This document shows, piece after piece, positions 38,581 to 51,433 of a DNA stretch of 64,000 nucleotides. Each line of letters begins with the position of its first letter. Within the stretch, counting starts at the first letter, position 1. Under the pieces are notes generated by a model. It searched no databases and was not told the DNA's origin. It saw nothing but the letters and a program-made list of their open reading frames with translations. This DNA comes from Octopus sinensis (lineage: Eukaryota): NCBI RefSeq assembly GCF_006345805.1, contig NW_021832531.1, positions 248,001 through 312,000 on the forward strand, in the 5' to 3' direction. The translations under genes were made by a program, and so were the position numbers.

Positions 38581-40300
38581 CCATCAATTTTCAATCCGCG
38601 AAAAACCGGTCTTGGTAAAGTTGACATTCTTTTGCCGCCATTTGAACGAATTAGAAGTAAATCTGTAAATTGAAAATAATTAAGCCACATTAACTACTTC
38701 TCAACTCAATGAGACTTTTCACAGACAAGTGTATAATCATGGTATTATTACATTCATTTAAAATCAACATGATTCTTCCACGCACATTTAAAAAACTTAA
38801 ATTATATATTTATTTATATTATTGAGTTTAGCCTATTAAATGGTAAACCTAAAACTGTATAAATTCACATTGCTTAATTAACTGCGTCAACGAGTCGCAT
38901 GTTCTTTTATTGCAAATAATAATTATTTTTATTCAAGGACTTTATGCATATTAATATTTGCTCAGAACCTTCCATGAATTAAAAAATTGTTGGTTATGAG
39001 TTTGTTTCTCCAAATATTGCAATATGTATTATTCCTTTGTCTATAATTTAAAATAATGACCTAATTTTTGAATTCTAGTGGTCAAATAGATTCTTGATTT
39101 GACCTATTTATAATTTTATTTTTCAGACAATTTAATAATTTATTTTTAATGTTTTCTGAGTGCTATTACTCAAACAACATTACTTAATGATTATTAATGT
39201 CTTTTATACTTTTATTGTATGGCGAATTCTCATTTTATTAAATACAACAATTTCTATTATTTGATTTCCCTTTATTAATTTTTTGGTTGGCTTATCTTTA
39301 CCGAGTACAAATACAGTGATATCTCTTCCAACATCTCTTTACGCAGGATAGCACAAGATAAGGCACGATTGCTGTAACTCATATCGACTTTCCTGTATTG
39401 TCAAAGAACTATCTTTCGATTTAAATTCATTGTTAGAAAACTAACTCACCATATGCTTCCTCGGTGTTTAATTTTGCTAGTAAAGTTTTATCTTTATTTA
39501 TTTTTACACGTTTCTCGAGAGAAAATTAATGGAAAGGATTGTCTCTCATATGACCCTCAACTCGTGGATTTAATCATTATAATTAACATTCTTACGAAAA
39601 ATATTTCTTGATCCAGGATTTTAACAGATTTTGCATTCTATTGGTAACTATATTAACCAATAACATATGATGTTTCGTTGACAGTGAAACTTGTTGAATG
39701 AGGCCAATTTTCCAGAATATAAAATTGAGGCAAATTCTGGGAAAATTTATCTTAATTAAAATATTTCTCAGAATTATGAATAATGGTACAATTTTAAATC
39801 ATTCCATTTATTTTCAATCCGCGAGAAACCGATCTTAACAAAGTTGACATTCTTTTGAGATCATTTTACGGAATTGGAGGAAAATTTGTGAATCGGAAAT
39901 AATTAATCCTTATTATGAATCTTAAAATTAATCCATATCCACATCTCGAAAGGATGACATCCGAATATTTAATTAAGCACATTCATCTTTTTTCTCCGTG
40001 ACAGATTTTAATGAAATAATACAGTTTACCCTCTATTAATAGCTACTTTTGGGGAAAAAATGCCATTTTTACTAAGGAAATTCTATTGCTTGCCAAATTC
40101 TCTTACTTACCACGTTTTAGTATTAAAATGATTTTTTTATTTATGAATTTTTTCAAATAAAAACAGATAAAGTTAGGAATGGGCAAAGAGGAAACGCCGG
40201 GGGGCTAAACCACGCACCGTCCTGCGGAAAGTAAAAAAAATAATTTTTCAAATATTTATACCGCGTATCTTTTTGTGTAACACGAGGAAGTGTTCTAGAT
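38581..40300. repeat. Segmental duplication, copy 2 (empty sites for the Tigger and Charlie insertions of copy 1)
   Basis: AAATTA|TATATTT empty TA site; TTCTAGAT at 40293-40300 with no Charlie insertion. Confidence 0.9.
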
Positions 40301-41449
40301 TATCTTATGGTCAAAAAAGAGAAATTATAAATTATCTTATTGATAACTCTTCTCTGAGTTTAAGTCTTTTTTTAAAAGACAAACTTATTGTTAATAAACG
40401 AAAAGAGTTAAAATGCGCAGCGAATCGACTGGCAATTCCCGCGCATGATGGCCAATGAGATCCTTTGAAAGAGTCTGATCGACTCGTTGGGATCTTTCTT
40501 GGCAACCACGAGCTTAGATCCAAGGCGGCGGAGAAACGATAGCGACAGTTTAAGTCTTGTTTCAGAAATTTTTTCGTCGCGTTTCAAAAAATCAATTTTG
40601 AGAAGTGCACAATTAACGATCTTAAATTGAAAAAACAAAAAATTCTTGGAATTAATCCAATTTATGGGAGAAGTTTTCGTATTTTGAAACTCAAATATTC
40701 ATCAATTGATTCTGAAATCATTACCTGGATTGATTACATGAAACCTATTGCATTTCAACAAATTTAAATTTAAACATATAATTGAAAAAATAAATAACGG
40801 TGAGGCAAAGATTGAATGCTATAAAAAATTAACGCTTAAAGATGAAGTTTTATTTTCTTATCTTGCCTGGAAGCCAGATGGGGAAAAAGCATTGAAGAAC
40901 CTATTAAGGGAAACCATAAAATAAAAAATTTCGAACAAATTATAGATAAATTAAAGATCTCAGATCCCATAAAAGAAGAGGAGTTTATAGACTTTACGTA
41001 CTCTGAAAATGACGAACTTCATGAATTTCTACAAAACAAAAACGATGAAAATGACAATTTAGACAGTTTAATTATTGAAGATTGTGAAAGAAACAAATGT
41101 ATTAGATATCGAGACGCGATAAAAAGTGTTTCGGACCTCAAAAAATATTTTTCACATGACAATCATTTTAATGTGAATATGCTTGAAAGTTTAATACAAA
41201 TGCAAAAAATATAGAGAAAAGAGCAGTCAAAAAACTATTAATGATTACTTTACTTAAAATCTTAATTTTTTAATAAATGTTTCAGATATTTATTTAAATA
41301 TTTAGAATCACTCAAATAGGTAAGTTAAAAATTATAGAAATTTTTTTGATAGAATATAGAATATTGATTATTTCTTTTACTCGCCAAATTCTCTTAGCCG
41401 CCAATTCTGACTTGGTCCCAAAAATGGCGACCAATAGAGGGAATACCTG
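40022..41449 (+). mobile_element. Tigger/pogo element, decayed, carrying a CRE-like insertion
   Basis: Imperfect TIRs CAGTTTACCCTCTATT / CAGGTATTCCCTCTATT; TA on both sides; HTH start RKCSRLSYGQKREII homologous to the ORF at 31998. Confidence 0.8.
40368..40546 (-). mobile_element. 5'-truncated CRE-like retrocopy with poly(A) and 11-bp TSD
   Basis: FLRRLG..DPNESIRLFQRISLAIMRGNC; TSD AGTTTAAGTCT at 40357-40367 and 40547-40557. Confidence 0.85.
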
Positions 41450-41759
41450 TACTTACATTTCCTACCACCCAGAAATTATCTTTCGGATCGCAAAGTTAAA
41501 TAAAAAATAACTCTTTTTTACAAGTATTGGAGTGGTTTTAAAAAGTTTATTGTTGGTTCCTCATTCATTAGTGTTGACTCGCGAAATGAATCTGCATTTA
41601 TTTTCAAACTTTTGTCAGTTAATAAGATGTGCAGCGGTTTATAAAAACTCGTCATTTTCGTAATTCTTATATAAAAATATTTAAATATACATTGTGGATT
41701 GAGACTCATTAGTGAATATGCATAGTGATTAATCTTCATAAATAGTGATTAATTTTTCC

Positions 41760-43052
41760 CTGAAAAGAAGAATTTACCCTAAACTCGCTTTTGTTTTTTA
41801 TTTCTGTACTTTAACATTGAAAGCTACTCGGGCTATTTCCGAGTAAGCAACGATTGCGTCAGAAATATGTTCTTCTGGTATTTCCCTGCCCAAGTAAACC
41901 GAACTCTCATTCCTTAAGAATGGAAACCACTCTGCCCCAGTGTTGGCCTGGCTTCAGGGAGGACCCAGTGGCTCTTCTCTATACAGCCTGTTCGAGGAGC
42001 ACGGCCCGTTTACCATTGACAAATACTTGAAGGTGATTCAACGCAATGTGACCTGGACAAGGCATTGTTCTGTAATTTACATCGACAACCCAATGACACC
42101 TATAAATGACTTGTAGGTTGTGAATGATGAATGTCTTTTAACCAGTGAGAGCCTTTAATTGTCCGAGATCTCTCAATGTAGATCACTGCCCTATTTTAGA
42201 CTTGCACGACAATTTTTCACGTTATTTTCCGAGTTGAGAGAAAATCAGTTTTATGTGACTAGGAAATATGTCCCCGCGATGGTAAGTGCCATTTACGAAA
42301 TGAACTTACATTCCTCAAGTCCCATCAAATTGAAAGGAATGATCATCGGAGCGGTCTTTGTGATCCTTACAACGTAATGAGTTATGATCTCCCATTATCA
42401 GATGGTGAACTATGGAACGTATTTGTACAACCTTGGTCTCATCTATAATTATCAAATCAGTCAGTTTGACGAATACAGAATAATGATCCCAGAGAGCATC
42501 GATCGGAACGATTACAGACAAGTCTTTGAGGTTTGTCGTGAGTAGGAAGTTGAAGTACTTTGACCAGGTTATAAACGGGGATTTGACTCCCTACCTCACT
42601 CGTTTCTTCAATCTGACTGGACGGAGAAATTATTTCAATTACATGGCCAATAAAGTATTATGATTAGACGTTAGGTAAAGCCGACTTATTACAAAGAGTG
42701 GCTCTCCAAAAATGTACGGATGCTGAATGTGGGGAAGAAAACGTTTAATGACGGTAAACGTGTGAAGATAGCATTGGTGGAAGATTTTATGCAGTCTGTA
42801 ACTCCACTGTTTTAAACAATCATTGATAATGGCTATAAATGTCTCTTTTTTAACGGTCAACTTGACTTGATTGTTCCGTTTCCGATGACGTCGAGTTTTT
42901 ATCAAAGATGGATTGGTTAGCGAAGGATGGTGAATGGATATGTGCGCAATTATCAAAATGTGTACCAGGTTCTTGTCAGAAATGATGGACATATACAACC
43001 CCAGGCGGCTTTGGAAATGATCGATAGTTTTATTTACGGCTTGGAATTTTAA
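41760..43052 (+). pseudogene. CPVL-like (S10) serine carboxypeptidase pseudogene
   Basis: SYSGYF, MFFWYFPA, WLQGGPSGSS, YIDNP and VRNDGH motifs. In-frame stops and deletions, including loss of the GESYAG catalytic motif. Confidence 0.82.
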
Positions 43053-43269
43053 TTGTTTTACTAACGACTTGTGGATTTGTTATCTAACATTTAAATCTCA
43101 GATTGAATTAAAAATTAAGTTATTTTTAGGTTCTGTTTTGGTAATTTGATGTATTTTGTACATCAACCACATTCTTTTAAAGCTCACGTTCACTGCACGG
43201 ATGAGCAGATTCATGTCAACGCCCAGTCTAGATTCAGGAGTTACCTCCTCAACTGGCATCAATAACCTG

Positions 43270-43540
43270 TAGCATGCACATAATTGATTACAGATCTTTG
43301 GGTGAACTAAATAAATCCATTTTTGGTAGAAGGTACGAAATTCCGATGTAAAACCAATCTTCAGGCGTATCTTTTATTATTTTTCGTATTTCGTTGCATA
43401 TTGGTCCATGAATAACGGTGAAGCTTTTTATAAAAAAATTTTGTAAACTCCATCACACCCAATTGCTTTCCAATTTGCGAGAACTTTTATAATATCAATA
43501 ATTCATTCGTTTGGGAACTCGGCATAAGTATTTTCAGACC
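43270..43540 (-). mobile_element. R4/NeSL-type RT N-terminal fragment
   Basis: LANWKAIGCDGVY...PEDWFYIGISYLLPK...PKDL. Confidence 0.6.
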
Positions 43541-44044
43541 CAGTGACACTTTTCGTAATCGAAAAATGGTTTTCTCCCGTAACCAAAAAATATTATTACT
43601 TAGTTTATTCTAGAATTTGTTTTAGAAATAGATTTATACGAAAACTAAAATCGAAATATCTATTTGACTCAAAAATGAACATGCAACCCTATTTGAATGA
43701 CCCTGACGTAATTGAAGTGTTAGTGTATTTAAATCCAAATTATATGAATTATACTCAGTTATCGTCCACCAAGGCTATTCTAACATCAACAGACACTACA
43801 TTTGTTATGTAATGTCCTGAAGTGGTAAGTGACTCATGATTACTGACCATCAAGTTTAATTACAATATTTTTTTATTTCAGATACAAGCCACAATAGTGA
43901 ATGTAGTGTTTCAGTCTTTTCCATATTTTTTATTTTACAAAAGAATAGAAAAGTCAATCTCTAATGATAAAGGAATTGAGATAGTAAACTAAAATTAACA
44001 CTTTTATTTTAATTAATATATAAAAAAGGAGCACGGCCCGTAAT

Positions 44045-45045
44045 TTGATGTATTTTGTACATCAACCGTTTGACTCCGTCCCAAGGAAGATCCTAATTCA
44101 AAAGATATTTGGTACAAATATTTCTACACCTATGAAGCTATGGATAGCGAATTTTTTGAGCGGACGTCGTGGGAAAGTGTGCGTCGGGAACGAGAGTTCA
44201 AGATCACGCTTATTGCCCAATGGTGTACCCCCAGGGTTCTCCTTTATCCCCGACCCTCTTCAACTTGTTTCTGAATGATCTCCCGGTTCCTATGGATAAT
44301 AATGACATACTACTCTCCTATGCCGATGACATAGTTGTCGCATCAAGGGATGTAAATGTCGAATACGCGAAGGAAAGACTACAAAGAATACTGGACGACT
44401 TATATGGATGGCTATATGAAAACAGACTACATGCATGTTCCGAAAAGTCAGCAGTCACCCTTTCACACGAAAAACAGGAAGATGGGACGAAAACTATTGA
44501 AGTCACGCTGAATGGAGTCCCAATAACACAAAAGAAAACACAGAAGATATTGGGTGTAACGTTTGATACTTTCCTCTGTTTTTCACCTCATGTTGAATCG
44601 ATCGTGTCAACTTGTATTAAGAAAATCAATTTTGTGAAAGCCTTTCTTTGGAACTGTGGGAGAACTTGTCCGCCAGGGTAGAGACCCTTTACAAGCAGTA
44701 TATCGAGCCAACAATAGGCTATGCATGTGCTGCTTGGGGCTGTAACCTGGCGGCAACGAACCAAGTAAAAATCGAGAAAATCCAAGAAAAATCCATAACC
44801 TACTGAAGGACCATACCGACAGGAAAATTGTCCATCGAACACTGGAGTCTCTTGTAGAGGCAAGTGGGAGGGATCGTGGAGATGGACCACAAGCATTTCA
44901 CCGTACATACAGAAAGTGTGTGGGGTCACGTCTGAACATCGTGAAAAGATGGCTCGCTGTTGAGAAGTGTCGGAATCACCTGAACACGTTAGTTAATGGT
45001 TAAGACGGTGATTCTGTTTTTTGGCTTAAATAATAATAATAATAA
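44045..45045 (+). mobile_element. 5'-truncated Jockey/CR1-group LINE with (TAA)n tail
   Basis: FDSVP..NGVPQGSPLSPTLFNLFLND..YADD..LGVTFD..YKQYIEPTIGYAC..W; TAA repeats at ~45029-45045. Confidence 0.85.
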
Positions 45046-45054
45046 CCACATAGC

Positions 45055-45510
45055 TTAGTGAACTCAACTCGATCATACAGAGAGCCCTCGCTTCAGCTGG
45101 CATCCCGTCAATCCTTGAACCTGTTGGACTGGATAGAGGGGATGGCAAACGCCCAGACGGGTTGTCCACCTTCCCATACAAGCAGGGATTCTACCTGTTC
45201 GGACACGTTCTCGCTTGGAAATCTTGCTCTGTCCGCCGACAATCCTGGGCACGCTTCGAAGCAGGCCGAGGACCGAAAGATTCTCAAGTACGGCCACCTT
45301 TCAACTCGCTGTTCTTTACTCCAATTGCCGTGGAGTCCTCCGGGATTTTCGGCCCCAGACACTCCTTTCCTTCGCTCGCTCGGCCCGACGGATTTCAAGG
45401 ATTAGCCACGATCCAAGAGAGTATCCTTGGCTCTGGAACGTCTGTCGATTGCTGTGATCCGAGGGAACGGCTTCGCCATTCGCGAGGCTGGCCGGGTGTC
45501 TCGTGAGGCC
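45055..45510 (+). mobile_element. CRE-like RLE 3' remnant
   Basis: LEPVGLDRGDGKRPDG, AEDRKILKY, PIAVESSG, DPRE..ERLSIAVIRGN. Confidence 0.8.
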
Positions 45511-47348
45511 AGTAATAGCTTAGCTATCTTTTCACTTCCTTATTGTTTTGATGGAAATTATTAGATCAAAAAAAAGGATAAGGCCTGTATTCCAAATTCT
45601 CGAACAACCTGAATTTTTGATTAATCCATTATCAGATAAAAGAAAAATTAAATCAAAACGCGCTGGAGAATAAAATTGTGTTTCCTAGGCGCATTCAGTC
45701 ATGGACAGCCAACTTATCGTGAATTCAGAATGCAGAAATCTAGGGAATATTAAATGTCTAGCCCAGAGCTGCGAGACGCTGAAGCGGCGAAGTTTTAAAA
45801 ATATTTATTTTATAAAAATTACACTTCTAAAGTTCTTTTGCTGATCTCTTTAGTAAATATCTGAGATTATTAATTTTTCTTTATTATTTTGGAACACGTC
45901 TACATTTCTGTGACTTTGAAAAATTTATGACCCAACTGCGTTGGACTTTTGCCAACCTATCCAAAACTATATGTCCACTAGCCCAATCAAATAGCTTTAA
46001 ATTAACCGAATTCTCCTCTTTACGGAAATTACGAGTAAACCTCGTAAAGTGGTCACACAATGCTAAATGACCTTATTACGTCAAACATGGTTTATTATTA
46101 TACCGAACTATCCAAACTGTTCCTCATGCAGATATTATCTCCGCATCTCTATTTTTATACAAACCAATTGTCTTCTTTTTTTAACATCAGCCATTGGGAT
46201 CTTTGGGAGCGACTGATAGATGTCTGATTAGTTATTCGCTTGCTGCATCATAGAAAAGTTGGTCTAAATAAATAGCTGATTAGATAGTTTTTTTTCAGAA
46301 TCCGGAGAATTCTTGCTTTTGTTAATCATAAACAAGTTCTCTGACGAAATCGCGCAAATTAATAAAATCATCAAAAATAGCTTGTTCGGTTTTCAGTGAC
46401 GAGGAGTGTACATTACTTTATATTTTTTCTTTTGGATGTTTGATAACTAGAACAACCAAAAGTCATTAAAGTCATATCAAAAAAGAATTGTTAGTTTATT
46501 ATTTCCATCATTTTAAATTATTATTATTATATTTTTATTTACTTTCGATGTAGTTTTATAGGCCATTAATGTCATATTTTTTTCATAAGGTCATATTTTT
46601 TCCATAAAGTTATATTTTTTTCATTTAGTCATATAATTAAATATATCTGTTGTGATGCCTAAACCTAAAAAATCAAATAAAAAGAAAATATATAATACTA
46701 GCTCGGCAGCTCGCTTCGCTCACCGCGACCTAGCTCCTGCGGAGGGCCTGTTTCATCAAACAACTATAAGTTTATGTAGATGTATAAAACTACCTGGTTT
46801 AATGTAACCCTATTCTATCGCCTGTTGATAAACGATGTTTGTCGTCCGTCCTTCCTTGGCATATATGAATAAATTTTCTTCTGCCTACCCTCGAGCATCC
46901 CACATACAGCTGTCCATGTGAAAAGCACTCACTCTCTAAAAATAACCCAACTACCTTTAATGACTGTCCCTGGGCCTTGTTTATTGTCATTGCAAACTTT
47001 TTTTTCATTTTTGTGGTTTATTTTTTTTTATATTTAATTTTTTCATTTTCCTTTGTAATTCCTTTTTTTTCTTTTTTTATTTTTTACTGGCGGAAATGGG
47101 GCAGGGGGGATACGGCAGGCGGAAATGCGGCAGGCAAGAAAGCGACACACAAAAAAAATTTAATTAATTACCTTATTAAGCTGACCGTTTTTTCTTCAGC
47201 TTCGTTTTTCCTCCTTCGGTTATCTATTTAAAAAATTATTTTTGAATAATAAAAAAGTTTAGGAAAAGAGGCATACCGAAAATAAATTCTATCTTTACGA
47301 AAAAACTCAAGTAAATAGTTAATATTTTTACGCAAATTCTTCTGATTG

Positions 47349-47556
47349 CGCTGTCAATTGGTGGTAAATTGTGTTAATGGTTGTGCTAATGTGGTTTCAA
47401 CTATCAAAGTGTTTTTCAAAATCTGTTAATTGCACACTCTATTCAAGTCGTGCGTCAATTGGTGGTAAATTGTGTTAATGATTGTGCTAATGTGGTTTCA
47501 ACTATCAAAGTGGTTTTTCAAAATCTGTTAATTGCACACTCTATTCAAAGTCGTGC
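47349..47556. repeat. Tandem duplication, 2 x ~104 bp, inside the Helitron
   Basis: GTCAATTGGTGGTAAATTGTG...CTCTATTCAAGTCGT present twice. Confidence 0.9.
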
Positions 47557-47764
47557 AATCTGTGATTGCACATTCTGTCAAAGTCAAATATGATAATAGC
47601 TTTAATTTTGATTCATGGTCGATAATGATATATGCATTTAATTTTAAAGAGAAAAACATAGGATGAATTGAATTTCTTTATCGCGAATAATTGGGAGTTC
47701 ATCATTGTTAATATTCTCGCTGTCGTTTTCATCAAGGATATTCTTAATACGTGAGATTTTTGCC

Positions 47765-48760
47765 TTGAAGGTTTTAATGGACCTCATCATGAATGTCGAG
47801 GACATTCGCGTTGTTCATTTTAATCAAAATGCAGAAAATAATTTTTGATTTTTTGGGGGGAAGGTTTTAAAGACTTCATCATGTAAGTCGAGGACATTGT
47901 AGTTGTTCATTTTAACCAAAATGCAGAAAATTTTTTTTTAATTTTTTTGGGGGGGAAGGTTTTAAGGACTTCATCATGTAAGTTGAGGACATTGTAGTTG
48001 TTCATTTTAACCAAAATGCAGAGAAAATTTTTTTTTAATTTTTTTGGGGGGAAGGTTTTAAGGACTTCATCATGTAAGTCGAGGACATTGTAGTTGTTCA
48101 TTTTAACCAAAATGCAGAAAATTTTTTTTTAATTTTTTTGGGGGGGAAGGTTTTAAGGACTTCATCATGTAAGTCGAGGACATTGTAGTTGTTCATTCTA
48201 ACCAAAATGCAGAAAATTTTTTTTTAATTTTTTTGGGGGGGAAGGTTTTAAGGACTTCATCATGTAAGTCGAGGACATTGTAGTTGTTCATTTTAACCAA
48301 AATGCAGAAAATTTTTTTTTAATTTTTTTGGGGGGGAAGGTTTTAAGGACTTCATCATGTAAGTCGAGGACATTGTAGTTGTTCATTTTAACAAAATGCA
48401 GAAAATTTTTTTTTAATTTTTTTGGGGGGAAGGTTTTAAGGACTTCATCATGTAAGTCGAGGACATTGTAGTTGTTCATTTTAACCAAAATGCAGAAAAT
48501 TTTTTTTTAATTTTTTTGGGGGGGAAGGTTTTAAGGACCTCATCATGTAAGTCGAGGACATCGTAGTTATTCATTTTAACCAAAATGCAGAAAATTTTTT
48601 TTTAATTTTTTTGGGGGGGAAGGTTTTAAGGACCTCATCATGTAAGTCGAGGACATCGTAGTTGTTCATTTTGACCAAAACGCAGAAAATTTTTTTTTAA
48701 TTTTTTTGGGGGGAAGGTTTTAAGGACCTCATCATGAAAGTCGAGGACATTGTATTGCCA
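47765..48760. repeat. Minisatellite, 11 units of ~93-96 bp
   Basis: AAGGTTTTAA recurs at 47768, 47861, 47956, 48052, 48147, 48242, 48337, 48430, 48525, 48620 and 48714. Confidence 0.97.
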
Positions 48761-48776
48761 ATTTGAAGTTGGTGTG

Positions 48777-48846
48777 CACACACAGACAGACAGACAGACA
48801 GACACACAGACAGACACACAGACAGACAGACAGACAGACACACACC
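48777..48846. repeat. (CAGA/CACA)n microsatellite
   Basis: Directly visible; at the Helitron 5' subterminus. Confidence 0.95.
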
Positions 48847-48859
48847 ATACCATTTATTA

Positions 48860-50372
48860 CAGTACCGCTCAAATGTTTCGGACCACCCTATTTTTCTCAT
48901 TTCCAAGTCAATCCTAAATTTTTTTATACGGTTCTTTAGAAAACTTATTAGATAAGCTTAAATACATATTCTATTCTAAAATTTTCTTTAAATATTTTTG
49001 TTTGGCGCCAATTGAATATAATTGATTTTTGACTCGATCATATGTTCCGGACCAGTTGCAATCATATGTTTCGAACCAGTTAAATCTCTTTAAATTTAAA
49101 TAATTTTTGATTCAATTAAAAACAAAAGACTAATAAATAACAAATGCCGCGTGTTTCACTGGTTGATCGGGTCGCTATCATCACTTTTTTTAAAGATGGA
49201 GCTTCACAAAGAGAAATTGCCGAAAAATTAAAAATATCCAAAACTGCTGTTCAAAGAACAATTTCCAGATATTCATCCGTTGGACTATATTCCGACAGAC
49301 CCAAATCTGGTCGACCGAGATTGTTATCCCCAAGATCTGAACGCAAATTAGTGAGAATTTCGAAAGCAGACCCCACAAAAACGGCAAATCAAATTAAATT
49401 TGATATGAAATTAAATTCTATTGTAAGCACAAATACAATTAAAAGATGCCTACAAAGAAATAATTTGAATGGCGCGAAAGCAATGCCCAAAACCAAGTCT
49501 TTCCATATGCCATAAAAAGGCTAGAAAAAATTGGTGCATTGAGAAATTAACTTGGAGCCAAAATGATTGGGGTAAAATTATTTTTAGTGATGAATGCAAA
49601 ATAAATTTGCATTCAAACACAAAAAATTATGTTAGAAGGCCACCAAACTCTAGATTTGACTCAAATATTGTTTTAAAAACACGAAAATTTTCTCCTAGCA
49701 TTATGGTCTGGGGAGCTATTGCTGCAAATGGATGGAGAAACATTGTCTTATGCATTAAAAATGTTGATTCCGCCAGAGTATCAGAGAATTATAAATGTTG
49801 GACTCGAAAATTTTTATGATGAGACCATGTATCTCCAGCAAGACGGCGCTCCTTCCCATCGGTCCATGTCGACAATGAATTTTTTTCAAAGGAAACAAAT
49901 AAAAATCTTAGAACTTGGCCGAGCCAGTCACCCGAACTGAATATTATTGAAAATATGTGGTCGGTACTAAAACAAAAACTTATGATCTGGAACCAAAAGA
50001 TCTTCCAGAGCTCTGGAATTTGACCAAAAAAATTTGGTACGAGATTGATAATTCGTACATTGAAAAATTATACAATTCACTTCCAGAGCGAATAAATGCT
50101 GTTATAACGAACAACGGAGGAAATATTAATTATTAACTTTTTATAAGTTTAATAAATTTCGTTTTTTTTTAAACTGGTCCGGAACATATGATCGAGTATA
50201 AATCGATAATTTTAAAATTGCGCCAAACATGAATATCTGTCCAAGTTTTTAAAATAGAATAAATGTGTTTAAGCTTATCTAATAAGTTTCTCTAAAGAAC
50301 CGTATAAAAATAATTTAGGATTGACTTGGAATTGAGAAAAAGTGGGTGGTCCGAAACATTTGAGCGGTACTG
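48860..50372 (+). mobile_element. Tc1-family transposon with ~200-bp IR/DR-type TIRs; frameshifted DD34E transposase (49144-~50133)
   Basis: TIRs CAGTACCGCTCAAATGTTTCGGACCACC; TA TSD; motifs GRPR, FSDE, QDGAPSH, WPSQSPELNIIEN. Confidence 0.96.
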
Positions 50373-51433
50373 TATTAAGATAATTAGCAAATTTCCTAAC
50401 GAATTCGAAGAGGATGATCAGCGGGAGACTTTACTGTTCAAAATGTTGTGTTCCTGTTAAATATGGAAAAAGTTTCAACGTTAAACAACATCGCCAAACG
50501 TTGAAACACAAAAAGAGATTAGAATCAGGAAAATCTAATGTCCAAATGAAGTTAATTTCGAAAGATGTGGTTTCCGAAGAGTGTTACGCGATTGTTTGGT
50601 CGAAATGATGACCAAAACAAATATTCCGCTGTTCAAATTAAGGGATGTTGATTTTCAAACTTTTTTTGAAACTTTGGGATTTAAACTGCCTAGTGAGACA
50701 CATTCCAGAAATCTTGTTTCCACTATTTTTGTGAAACAGGTTGAAAAACTTAAAGAATATTTCAAAGGGAGTCAAATATTTTTAGTAATAGACGAAACCC
50801 AACATTCTTTAAAAAAATATGTGAACATTATTGCTGGAAAGATTGACAACCCAACCAATATATATTTAATTGACTGTATTTGTGTTGAGATTGCTGATGC
50901 AAGTTCAGTTTGTCAAACAATTGATGATTGCTTACGAAATTACCAAATTGAAAGAAAAAACTTTGTTTTGTTGTTAACTGATGCTGCACCGTATATGATG
51001 TCAGCCGCAACTAGCATACGTATATTTTATCCAAATATGATTCATCTTACTTGTTTCGCCCATTTACTTCATAATTGTGCACTAAAAGTGCGTTCTCACT
51101 ATCAAGACATCGATTTCTTAATATCATCGATGAAGATTGTGACGCTTAAAAATAAAAGTCGTCAAAAGCTTTTTTCAGAATTTGGTCTACCTTCAGATGT
51201 TGTTGTCACAAGATGGGGCAGCTGGCTTAATGCTGCAACATATTATTCAAAACATTTGAACAAAATTTCCTCGTTATCGAATAATGGAAAAATTGTTCTG
51301 AATGCAAAGAAGGCGATAGATTCTGATTCACTGGAGCGGAACCTAGCAAACATATCATTTTACAACTGTCTAAGCGAAGGAATAAAGAAATGTGAAGATA
51401 CTTTTTATACTGTTAAAGATGCTATTCAATATA

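Larger units (their letters stand above)
46698..50380 (-). mobile_element. Non-autonomous Helitron (2.2 kb plus nested Tc1)
   Basis: 5' A|TC at 50380; (GTCT)n microsatellite near the 5' end; Pif1 C-terminus [26 protein letters not shown]; GC-rich 3' segment then CTAG|T at 46698. Confidence 0.88.

Noticed and set aside
42639-42998. 119-aa minus-strand ORF
   Set aside because: Antisense shadow of the carboxypeptidase pseudogene.
47765-48760. Regular array resembling CRISPR, and repeated MNNYNVLDLHDEVLK ORFs
   Set aside because: Units are contiguous near-identical monomers with no unique spacers or cas genes, in a eukaryote; the ORFs are by-products of the repeat.
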